DNA of 64,000 nucleotides from Eledone cirrhosa (Eukaryota): NCBI GenBank assembly GCA_964016885.1, contig OZ024746.1, positions 10,850,001 to 10,914,000 of the forward strand, read 5' to 3'. Shown piece by piece: positions 28,148 to 39,945 of this stretch (position 1 is its first letter; each line of letters starts with the position of its first letter). The notes under the pieces were generated by a model. It saw only the letters and a program-made list of their open reading frames with translations, ran no database searches and was not told where the DNA came from. The position numbers and the translations under genes were made by a program.

Positions 28148-28472
28148 AGAAAAAAGAGAATCAGTGTTGCGACGAAAGGAATTTATTGGACATATTACAA
28201 TTGTTTCTCGGGCGACCAGCCCGAGGCACGATCGATGTGGTGATCAAACCTGACTCTGAAATCGCGCGGTCCTCGGATACGTCTCGATTCTACGCAATAA
28301 ATTCCATTCGTCGCACAACACCGATTCTCTTTTTTCTGTAATATCATACTCTGCTCTATGAGGAGATCGAGTGCTCATAGGGCCTACCGCATTCGGACGC
28401 TCTAAGCATCCAACACCAATTATATATATATATATATATATATAATTATTATTAAGCAAACGCTTATAAATA
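28075..28472. repeat. Nested inverted repeats (outer ~28075-28107 / 28443-28472; inner 28146-28188 / 28295-28339)
   Basis: tatttataagcgtttgcttaataa versus its reverse complement; acagaaaaaagagaatcagtgttgcgacgaaaggaatttattg versus caataaattccattcgtcgcacaacaccgattctcttttttctgt. Confidence 0.85.
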
Positions 28473-29051
28473 TAATTTACAAATTAGATAGAAGTGCTCA
28501 ATACAGGAAATAGATATAAAATTTCAAAAAATTATTTTAAAGCTGAAACTTCACAAATTTTGATATTAGTTTCACGTTTTAGTTTTTCAGGTAACTGTGA
28601 AAATTGATCAATTGAACTTTATGCGATAGACTGGTTGAAAAAATTCAAAAGATTCAATTTTTTTTTTAGAATTCAAAAGATTAATATACACGACAGCTTT
28701 TTGAAAGAGAAAAACAAAAGAACGACAGAATGAGTGAATGACAAGAATAGATGACAGAGTTATTGACAGAATAATGATGAAATAAAATAGATGAATTTAT
28801 AATGAAAGCAGACATATAACGTTTAAACATAAAAGTAAAAAGAATGGTAATAAATATATGATTAAAGAACTAAATTAAAGAAAGGGTGATATGTATGACA
28901 TCGGTTTCGCTATTTGAATTATGAATATAGAGTGTATGATGTCGCATAAATAATGCTGAAAATATAATTTCTCTTAAAGTGACTCATGTCTATAAAAAAG
29001 CTAAAGAAATGAACGTAAATTATTTTATAACAACAACATATATAGCCTTAA

Positions 29052-29202
29052 AGGGGCGGTCAATTGGTAGAGCCATTAGAACGTCGGATAAAATGCTTTC
29101 CGGTATTTGTTTCTGTTCTTTGAGTTCAAATACCGCCGAGGTCAACTTTGCCGTTCATCCATTCCAGGTCGATAAAAAAAGTACTAGTCAATCACTGGAG
29201 AC
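29052..29202 (+). mobile_element. Diverged tRNA-derived SINE
   Basis: ggggcggtcaattggtagagccattagaacgtcgga...gagttcaaataccgccgaggtcaactttgcc. Confidence 0.75.
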
Positions 29203-29467
29203 GATTCTTCCTCTATATATATCTTTCTAACTTCCATTCTCTCACCTTTTTAAACTTCTCTGGAAGAAATCTTCTATATTCAGACCTAGAGAGGAGATGG
29301 GCTGAGCCAAGTTTAAAAATTCCCTAGAAACGCCGTATATAGATATAGCGCCCCTACAACCTCCCCAGGAGTTACGGAACCGTGCATGTTCTCCTTTAAA
29401 AATGATATAAAATCCATTGTATATACGTTTAAATGTTATGAAAATTAGTAGATACTTAATAAATACT

Positions 29468-29652
29468 TGTTTCTACTTTAGGCACAAGGCCAGCAATTAC
29501 CCAGTGCATTACTGGTACTTTATTTTATCGACCCCGTAAGGATGAAAGGCAAAGTCAACCTCGGCGGGATTTGAACTCAGATCGTAAAGAGACGTAACTA
29601 TGCTGGAAAGCATGGCGTCCGACCCTCTAGTGATACTGCCAATCCACCGCCC
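29468..29652 (-). mobile_element. Full-length tRNA-derived SINE with 22-bp TSD
   Basis: Family match; tagtagata(c/g)ttaataaatact at 29446-29467 and 29653-29674. Confidence 0.92.
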
Positions 29653-29893
29653 TAGTAGATAGTTAATAAATACTGACGTTCAAAAATATCCGTTGCTTGG
29701 TTTATATTCACCAATGGTAAGCTTCCATATATAATTGCGAACAGGTTAAGTTCGAAACGAAACAGAATTAATTCTGGAAAAAAGTCAAATAGAGAATATA
29801 AAACACTGTACTCCTTGAGGTATTGGATAATTTAATATGTATATATAAGGCTAGTCTCATACGCACACACAAACACACACTGATATATGTATG

Positions 29894-29924
<31 letters not shown>

Positions 29925-31752
29925 ATCTGTGTGTACGTGTACAATTGAAATCTGTGTATATGCTGTTCTACACTTACTGTGTACGTATCTTTGTTAGAAA
30001 CTATAAGTTCTATACCCATATGTATACATATGTGTACATATGTATACATGATTGTGTTAGGAAGCTTTTCTGAGAGGAACTATTAGAAAAGTATTTGTTG
30101 CTTAGTTTCTAATTATGTCGATTTAAATAGATCATTGCTTGTAGTAAATTAGATCTCAGTACACTTTTCTCTCCAATTCTTTCTTTTTCTTACTATATTT
30201 TCCTCCTTCAATTTTGTTTTCGTCTCTTTCTTCTAATTTCTTTCTCAATATTCTCATTCTTTATTTTATTTTGTAATTTGCTCTTACAAACATAAGTTCA
30301 AACGAAAACACACACCATACACACACACACACATATACACCCCCCACACCCCCACACACAAACCACACACCATACACACACAAACCACACACCGCACACA
30401 CAGGAAAAGAACAACGTACAAGGAGGTTGATTCAAGTAATTCACTGTTTTGTCTTCAAGATTTGTGTTTGAAATGTATTAATACAACTGATATATTTTCA
30501 TGTTTTGGGTCTTCGTGTAATGGAAACCATATTGAAAATAATTATATTGAACTTAAAACTGAATGTCTAACTCAATGTGAGATAGAAACTGCATTAAAGG
30601 GGATAGAATTGTCTATAAATAATTCTTGAATTTTTAAAAAGACTTAGGGATCCCATTAAATTTCTAACAATAATGTTTTGAACCCACCAAATTCGAAAGT
30701 CATTGATGTAGTAGGTAAGATTTGATCTTAAAACAGAATGACTAAAGTTGATCTTAAAACAGAATTACCAAACATCTTGCAGTAAATCATTTAAACTAGC
30801 TTCCTACAAAATAACTACGTCAATTCCGCAGCTCTAATCAAACTTTATATACCAGATTCTTCTGATCTCGGCTATAAATTCGTTATAAGTTAGATAGATT
30901 CATTGAAGACCATAATTAGTAAAGGAAGTGAGTGGATACCGACCGGGATTCAAGACTATATTATGGGAAATAACAGTCAGAAGTGTAACGTTTATTATCC
31001 CTCTTTATATATTTCTTACATTTGTCATGAATCTACAGCAAATAGGATAAACTTGTAGCAATTTCATTGATTTTGACAGTGTGATATAATATATTGAATT
31101 AAAGATACAAGTTAACTCCACGTTCTACTATCATATCACCTTCAACGTTATATATTTATTTCTTTCGTTATTTTTTAATACGTAGTATCTAGTTGATTAA
31201 ATAAATCCCCAAGTCTTATTTAATCCAAAGTGTGGAAGACAGAAGACGATATATTGTCAGGATCATTATGATGTCTAAGGAAATGTCTGGTACTTATTCC
31301 AGCTCCTTACACTTTGAGCTCAAATCTTGCCGAGTCCGACTTTGTATTTCATCTGTTCTAGTCAGGACAACTATTATAGCATTCACTGGCGGAGTCATTT
31401 CAGCGACTGTTACCTTGCGGTATTTATTTGGACTGTTTACGTCCTATGGTCCCGATCCTGCCGTGGCTTACTTGTGCCTTTAGTGGATAGTTTACTGCCG
31501 TAATTAATTGGGCCTTGTCTCCGGTTTAAAGAATTTCTTTCTCCTTACCAGTCTTTGAGGCTCTTGAAGAGGATTATGGGCCTTCTAAGCGATAGAAAAA
31601 TCGACTCACGATTTAATGTCAATAATGATATCTACTGAACTTAGAGAAATGAAACTAATTGTTTTGAGGCATTTAATAATAATGATTTACTGTTTCTGCT
31701 ATTTCAAATCCTTCAAATCCGCTATATATTGATATAATTAAGATGCTTTCAG

Positions 31753-31884
31753 ATAATGACATAGTTTTGTTGAAGATGTCGAAGTCGGTGAAATATGGCC
31801 CATGTCTACAGCCAGTGAAATTACCTAGCCCGAAGGATATATATAATAGAAGCTGTATCGCTGTTGGATGGGGCAGAACATTGT
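31753..31884 (+). CDS. S1 serine protease exon with catalytic Asp
   Basis: tttcag/gtaagt; (Y)NDIVLLKMSKSVKYGPCLQPVKLPSPKDIYNRSCIAVGWGRTL. Confidence 0.93.
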
Positions 31885-32846
31885 GTAAGTATTACTCATT
31901 TAAATTTAATAAATGTTAGCCTTCCTTTTATCTAGCTATCCAGCTTCTTATCCTTTTCATTTTAATCTTTCTCTTTATCAACCAATTTATAGAAATTTTT
32001 TTTGACTTCGTGGCCTTTTCATTATTCTATTTAAAATGTTAGTCTATAAAGTTAATATTTCGTACCTTTTTCTGATACATAAATTATGTTATTTCATGAC
32101 AATATTCAATTTTATTTTATAGTGACACTGTTGACTATTTGGCTTGGCTTGAAGCTTCTATATCTATATTGAGACAGATATGAAGAGTTAATTTTTCCAC
32201 TGGATTTTAATGAATAAATATGTGTGTATAGGGTCGTGAGGTTTCTTTATGTTAATCTTATATATGCTATCTCTGTATCCATGTGTAAAATCGTTGCCAT
32301 TTCTGAATTACATGTGTTGTATTCACTAGTCCCTATTAACAAATATCACACTCCACCAACAGAGTTATGTAGAGAGGACGGGATAGCCGTCTACCTTAAC
32401 ATTGTACAGTCAGAAAATGCCTAAGCTGAGAAAAATATTATTTATGATATTCAAAGTAAGACGAAAAAATAAACTGAACTTAGAAAGTAAAAAGATGATC
32501 AAATTAAGAAAAAAGAACCGATCTATTTGTCTTTTACTGATATTATCTGCTGGCTGCATCTCTTAGCATTTCTAGTTATATATGATTAAGGATACCTATA
32601 ACTGGTTTTCGAAGTCAAGTACATCATTTGGGTCCATTTGAAATATTGACGAGATAAACAAATCTCCTAAATCACTGAACAATCGAATAAAAACGAATTG
32701 CTTAAGTACTGTTTCGTTATACACAAGCTGGACTTTGAACCATGGAAGACTGTATACGGGAGATTTAATATTAAATGGTCAAGCTTATATTGCACGATCC
32801 TATTCATAAGAAGTTGAAGAAATATGATTTTACACTACTGCAACAG

Positions 32847-32879
<33 letters not shown>

Positions 32880-33253
32880 AAAATATATATACGAAGACTG
32901 GAAAATGAACGAATACAGACAGTCTTATCTCATTAGTGAACCGTTCGAGATACGTTGTTTCAGAGCTTTAAGATCGATATAACAGTCTAGTGCACAAGGA
33001 GAAGGACAAATGGACAACGGACAAGACGATAGTCTTAACGACCATTTACAAATAAGAGAGAATGTTTGCCACTAACCCATGATCTGCAACTGAAAAAATA
33101 TCGACGAGGCCCAACATATTAGAAGGAGAAGAAATAGAGAAAATGTAAACGTTAATAAAATTATTTTCCGTTTGTTTGGAAGTTAAATCCTAAAAAGACA
33201 GACACAATGGGCAGAGAGGAAGAGAGAGAGAGGGGGGAAATAGAGAGAGAGAG

Positions 33254-33297
<44 letters not shown>

Positions 33298-34139
33298 CGG
33301 AGGTGTAAGATAGAACATCAATTTGAAGATATAGTGGTATACATATTTATCGAACAAGGGTGTGTAGTTTAGAAATCCTGTACCAAAATGACATTGTCTG
33401 ATTTATTATTGATACAATAGAATATCTAGAATATCTACTAACTCACATGTTTAACAGAACTTCACTTCTCAGGGAATAACATTGCTTTAGAATTAACGCA
33501 ATTTATATGATTACCACACCTGAGACAATAGCAATTTACAAGAAATTTCTGAAATGCAAAGGATGAAAATACCAAAAAGAACAATACACCTCTTTTGAAA
33601 TTAATTGAAAAACATACTAGCACGGTGGAATTCCAAAGAATTCTCACTGAGAGCGGCTAACCTACTTCTTTCTGACCAACACCGAAATGCCAAGGCAACA
33701 AACACTTAAAAGAACAAAGAGGACACGTGCCCCAAGAGGTAACATATGCCACCTAAAGCTGCCGTAGTTCAATGAGAAGACAATTGCTCTCATCAGATAA
33801 GCCATCCACAGGGAAAGTCTGATTATATAACTGGCGCACTCGGGACCTTCACTGAAGTGTTTCTGTTTTCCATTTGAAAAGTAGGTAGTAGCCCTGAAAT
33901 ATCATGTTGAAATATACTGAGTAAAACATTATTTTGATTTGTTTTATTTGTCATCCTTTGCCCTTTATATATTTCTCATACTTTTTACCGGCTTTTAGAG
34001 AGTTATCAGTCATTTAAAAGCGGTCGGTAAAAATAAACACTGAAACTCCAACCAGGAAAAATGCATATAGTCTATATAATAATTTATTGTACGTTACTAT
34101 GAAACACAAGCTTCTATTTAGCTTTTCCTTCTTTTCCAG

Positions 34140-34291
34140 CTCAAACCATCGAAAATGATCTACAACAAGTCACTTTACCTCTGCTTGATAATAATATTTG
34201 TATGCAAGAGAGAGTGAAATCGGGCCATCTTATGAAGCCTTACCACCTTTGTGCTGGAAGCATGGGGAAAGGTGGTGGAAGTACCTGTAGT
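34140..34291 (+). CDS. S1 serine protease exon
   Basis: ttccag/gtgagt; (S)QTIENDLQQVTLPLLDNNICMQERVKSGHLMKPYHLCAGSMGKGGGSTCS. Confidence 0.93.
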
Positions 34292-34934
34292 GTGAGTATT
34301 ATATTTAACAATACCAAGCGAATTATGGGTTAATATAATAAAGGAAGAGATGAAATTATTTCAATTGATTAATTAATTAATTTAGTCATAATTCAATGAT
34401 GTCAGCATTTTCTTCCTTTGTTTTTGTTCACATCATAAACAGTAATAATATTTCTCTGTATTTCATCTTAAAATGTTCCGTTTTCTTTGAACTTGATTCA
34501 TCTATACTTTTTACAATAAATGTAGTTTTAGGTTTGTTTTATTTCTATTGGTTTGGTTTGGCTGAAGAGGTTTTGCATATGATCACTACAGATGATCAGA
34601 GATGAGTGAGATGGAGGCTACTAGCATTTCTCGTGAATTGATGCAAATATACGACTGCAGAAAACATGATCGGAGACATCAATGTTTATTTATTTAACTT
34701 TATCATAGCTACAGTTAGCTTCTTTCTATTTAAGACAGGCAGCACAGCTCGAAAGGATTGTAAGAGGAGGAGGAGGAGGAGGAGGAGGACAGGGAGGGAG
34801 AAATAAATAAATAAATAAAGAAAGAAAGAAGAGAGAATAGAATAAGGTCTGTGAGTTAGATATTAGGATGTGTTGGTGAGCTATTTCATGGCATCAGCTG
34901 ATGTCCTTTAGATAGTCTACGGTGTATATATATA

Positions 34935-35005
<71 letters not shown>

Positions 35006-35043
35006 GTGAGAATATAATTCAAGATAATATGACTGGACGAAAG

Positions 35044-35091
35044 CTACTACTACTACTACTACTACTACTATTACTACTACTACTGCTGCTG

Positions 35092-35135
<44 letters not shown>

Positions 35136-35151
35136 GCTTCTACTGCTGCTG

Positions 35152-35203
<52 letters not shown>

Positions 35204-35214
35204 CACTACTACTA
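35044..35214 (+). repeat. (CTA)n/(CTG)n trinucleotide microsatellite in last intron
   Basis: Seen directly; source of the spurious poly-Leu and poly-Val ORFs. Confidence 0.95.
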
Positions 35215-35295
35215 TATCAAATAAGGACGGATTGTATGTTTTTTTTTGCTGTTTTACTGTTACTAATATCTTTACAAATGTTCTTTGTTCAACAG

Positions 35296-35478
35296 GGAGA
35301 TTCAGGTGGTCCACTCTATTGCAATAACCAGAAGAATGAACTAGTTTTATTGGGTATCACGTCGTTCGGGGACACAGATTGCTCCAGTGGAACCAGTTAC
35401 TACACTTCCGTTAACTTCTTCCTCGACTGGATATATGAGAACATTGGAGACAATAATGGCGCTAACAATGATTTGTAA
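35296..35478 (+). CDS. S1 serine protease terminal exon with catalytic Ser
   Basis: aacag acceptor; GDSGGPLYCNNQKNELVLLGITSFGDTDCSSGTSYYTSVNFFLDWIYENIGDNNGANNDL*; candidate attaaa poly(A) signal at ~35520. Confidence 0.95.
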   Translation, partial: GDSGGPLYCNNQKNELVLLGITSFGDTDCSSGTSYYTSVNFFLDWIYENIGDNNGANNDL

Positions 35479-35955
35479 GATCGAAATATGGAGAACAAAA
35501 CAGTTTGATTTTCCTTTCGATTAAAATTAGAACACAAGATTTGGTGATAATTGTTTCTACTTTAGGCACAAGAATATGCGTTATTTATACCCAAATATGC
35601 GTTATTTATACCCAAATACGTTTCAACAAAGCTTTGAATAAATTACATATATGAAAATCTTATATAACCTTTTTGTAAAACTATTTTGAGCGGAATTCGT
35701 GTTTCTTTTTCAAACGTTTTAACATGTTTTATAAAAATGCATTTGACAGAATCGATAGTACGTTGAACGATCAGTCGAATATACCGTTTTTATGTTATCA
35801 CTTGCAATGCATCATGACTAGAACCATGTCACTTAGGTATTTTCAGCCCTCATTCAGCTGTAAACAGTTATAATATTGTAATGACCATTTCAATCACTTT
35901 CGCAGTATAGCTGCAACAGTGGAGTAGCACCTCTGGTATATAATATAATGAGTAA

Positions 35956-36525
35956 CTTGGTTGACTGGTCGGTTGGTGGGTTGGTTGGTTGATTGGTAAG
36001 CTGGTTTGTTGATTGGTTGGTTTGTTTGTTGGCTGGTTGGTGGATTGGTTGGTTGGCTGGTTGGCTGGTTAGCTGGTTGGCTGGTTTGTTGGCTGGTTGC
36101 TTGCTTGGCTGGTTGGTTGGTTGGCTGGCTGGCTGGCTGGCTGGCTTGTTGGTTAGTTTGCTGATTGTCTGGTTGGCTTGTTGGTTGATTGGCTGGTTGG
36201 CTTGTTGGTTGGCTGGTTGGCTGGGTGGTTGCTTGGTTGGTTGGCTGGTTGGTTGGCTGGCTGGCTGGCTGGCTGGATTGTTGGTTGGTTGGCTGATTGT
36301 CTGGTTGGCTTGTTGGTTGATTGGCTGGTTGGCTGGTTTGTTGGTTTGTTGGTTGGCTGGTTGGTTGGCTGGCTGGCGTGTTGGTTGGTTGGCTGATTGT
36401 CTGGTTGGCTTGTTGGTTGATTGGCTGGTTGACTTGTTGGTTGGTTGGTTGGTTGGCTGGTTGGTTGGCTGGTTGGTTGGTTGGCAGGCTGGCTGGTTGG
36501 TTGGTTGGCTGGTTTGCTGGTTGGC
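35956..36525 (+). repeat. Compound (TGGT/TGGC) tetranucleotide satellite
   Basis: Seen directly; block ctgattgtctggttggcttgttggttgattggctggtt recurs at ~36161, 36293 and 36393. Confidence 0.9.
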
Positions 36526-36749
36526 GGGCCGTTTGTACAAAGATTGTGGTTTTACACTTCGTTCTTATTGAGGAGGCAATATACGTTTTTTGTCTTTTCT
36601 TCGTTGTTTTCTGTGTTTAGATTATTTGGACTGGAGCATATTTATGAATTCTTTTAACCAAAGGTAGATGTAATTATTCATTTTTAATTATGGATTATAT
36701 ATATATTATAATTATAGATAATATTTGTATACCTACTGTTACCACAGTG

Positions 36750-36791
<42 letters not shown>

Positions 36792-36833
36792 CCCCAAATT
36801 ACCTGCCATATTATGGGTAATATAATATTATTA

Positions 36834-37019
36834 TTTGGCAGTATTGGTAGAGGGTCGGACGCCATGCTTTGACGTATAGAGTTACAGCCCTTGCCATTCT
36901 GAGTTCAAATCCCGCCGAGGTTAACTTTGCCTTTCATCCTTACGGGGTTGATAAAATAAAGTACCAGCAATGTACTGGGTAATTGCTGGCCTTGTGCCAA
37001 TAGTAGAAACAATTATTAT
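36834..37019 (+). mobile_element. tRNA-derived SINE
   Basis: Close match to 45094-45287. Confidence 0.9.
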
Positions 37020-39885
37020 ATTAGTCATCCATTAAATGTTGAGGAAACATGATATTAAATAATGTCGTATGAACCCTTAAACTCGGTAAATCTTTAACAA
37101 ACATGCTTATCCATTTTCAACCATATTACTATTTTTTTCTTGTTTTTTTATAGAAAATGTGTACCAATATAAGATTTCCGATTTCTATAAATAATCCGTA
37201 TGGTTGTTTACAGTTTTGCGAGGAAAAATTGGTCTGGCTTTATCGAATCTGATGAGGTCAGAAGAAAGGTCAAAATAACAGAAGTGTTGTTGCTCAATAT
37301 TTTCCTTAATTAAAATGTTATTTTTAAATCGGATTTTTTTTTATACGTCAATAATTCATTCATTTTTGTATTTGAAGTTTATTAAAGGTTAAAAGAGAAT
37401 CGAATATTAATGTAGAACAATATTTCTCATCCTTTCTCTTAATCGATGTTTACTTTTGGTTTTGCAGATATTTCTATAGTATTTAAACCTTTTGTTTGAC
37501 AACATATCTCAGAGTAGAATCAAATGTTATTCTATATTTAATAGTCTTAAAAGGAAAGAGAGCTGCCATTGTCATGGACGATGAAAAATTGTTTTGACAA
37601 TATCACAAAATCTCTTATTCTCTTCCCTTGTACAATGTGAGTGAGTGAGAAACATTTTCTCTGTATATACTGCCTCAAAGATCTATCAATCTTTCTCATC
37701 ACATTTATATATCTAAGATGTGCAGAAAAAATTCCCTACTTAAATACAAAGAAACTCCAATATTGGACACAATAGGTGTACTCTCACAATCCATTACTTT
37801 TATCCACTCTGTCATTTAGCTTCTATATACTGCTGCATAGTGGCTGTCGGGTGATGATAATGCAGAAATATTTCAAAATTAATTCCTGGTACAGAGATAG
37901 TTTATGATAAAGAAGTAGGGAACAATAGCGAAGTTACAAATAGAGGATATATTTCAGGAAAAAACATAGATGATACTGATTGGTAGGTGGGATGTAGGAT
38001 TGTGGGTGAGGAAATGAAGGAGTTATGGAAGGGTAAATTAGCTCTTTCGAAGAAGAAGAGCTACTGTGAATTGAGATATTGGCATATTTATATTATGTTG
38101 ATGAAATTTCTTTTAATGTTTACTACAATTATATAATATCAATCACAAATAATATAATCACAATTACTGGCAGAAATTTATACAATTCAAACTTGAAACA
38201 ACTATATTATAAATAATTGGATGCGTATAATTTAGCTGAATTAAACGAGTCATAGCTTCTAGTAAAAACTAATGTCAATATTCGCGGCTTTTTTTCATAT
38301 AAACATTTTACATTCCGTGTGTGTAAAGTTGAAATTGCATTTGAAATTACGGAACGTGACTCAAAGCAAATTTTATTTTGTTCCTAAAATGCCAATAACT
38401 TAATTTTGATAACAAAAGGGTTGCGCAAAGATTACAACTATATATCATGGCCATATTCTCATCGGTAGATTGGCATAATCATTAAAGCGTCATCAAATGA
38501 GATGTCTTAGAAAATGTATTCTATCGCTTTCATTGTCAGTTCAAATCCAGTCGAGGTCAACTTTGCTTGTCATGTTTTAAATAAATATTAGTCAGGGGGA
38601 TGAATTATTAAAATTGTCAGAGTCGTTCGGAGTTCAAATCCTATCGTGAACCACTTGGGTGGTAGATTTTTAACATCCCCACTTGCCTCTTGGGTGTTTT
38701 TACTGGAGTCCACTCTGTTGCAATCACTTGGGCCATTACTCCGGTTTGAAGATAAATTCCTAATCTAGGCAATATTGAAACCGTTATAGGTGATATCCTT
38801 TTTCATAAGTTATAAAATAGTATCCAGACATATGAAGATATGCGTATTTTGAAGTGCAGTCTTCATAAACACAAAAGAAAACCCCTGCAGATCACTCAAA
38901 CTAACAATGTGTGTATGAGTAGTTCAACATCATGTCCATTTGGTAATATAATTTTGTATGTATGCATTTTGATACAGAACATAAGTAAATATCTTAATAA
39001 TTTCCTGGAAGTCTATATATATAGTGTTTTCAATTTTTCCATGATCGAGTGAAGTACCTACTTGATATTGAAGCTGTAGGTGGCAAGCTTTTAACTTAGG
39101 ATGACTGCTACCCACCAACTATTACTTGTAACATGCAATGATAACCAGAAACCAGTTTCAATTACTGTACGAATTCATACAAGTGGGGAACTGAGAGTGA
39201 GTGCAAGATAAATGTTTGTCATCTTTAAATGTAATCTAAATCATAAACTCAGCCCTGCAAGCAAAGGAAATACTGTTTAAGCATAGAGTAGTCACTCTCT
39301 GTACAATGGACAATTATATATACGAATGATACGACATCGCTCTAATTCAACAAATATTTCAATCAATAAGTGGCTTCAGGTCAATAAGAAAGCCTCTACG
39401 TGGTTACTTGGCTCACTAGAGACAACAGTCAATTCTCCTTCAAATCACACCCTACTATCTTAAAAGAAAGGAACATTTGATATAACTAGTTAAACTCTGA
39501 CTAAAAAGACTGGATGATAACGACCGGGAAACATTTTGATCATGTATCTATTTTACATGACGATTAATATAGGACAAAACGACTTTAAGTCAATTAACTC
39601 GAACAGCTTTAATTTTCCGAGACAGTCTATGTTGTTTGTACTGAGAGATCCATTGCCTAACAATTTAAGTCATCATTGAAACAATTTAGAATCAAAGACA
39701 CAATCCCAATAAAGACATATTTGCATACGCAGTTCATGGTATCCTTATCGCTGTTACGTTTCTTAAGAATTTTATTTTTATTTTTCTAGAATATCAATTA
39801 ATTTCATCCTGAACTTTGCTTAACCAAATTAAAGGAGAAATATGAAGAGGAGGAAATTGAGAATGAGATGTGTTAACTTATTTGA

Positions 39886-39945
<60 letters not shown>

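Noticed and set aside
33760-33800. ctgatgagag on the - strand
   Set aside because: No GAAA at the end of the putative stem II and no stem I.
34936-35295. N-terminal part of the 180-aa ORF (MERERE...LLLL)
   Set aside because: Intronic microsatellite in frame with the last exon; the real exon starts after the AG at 35295.
37249-37275. ctgatgag...gaaa string
   Set aside because: No stem II or stem I; chance match.
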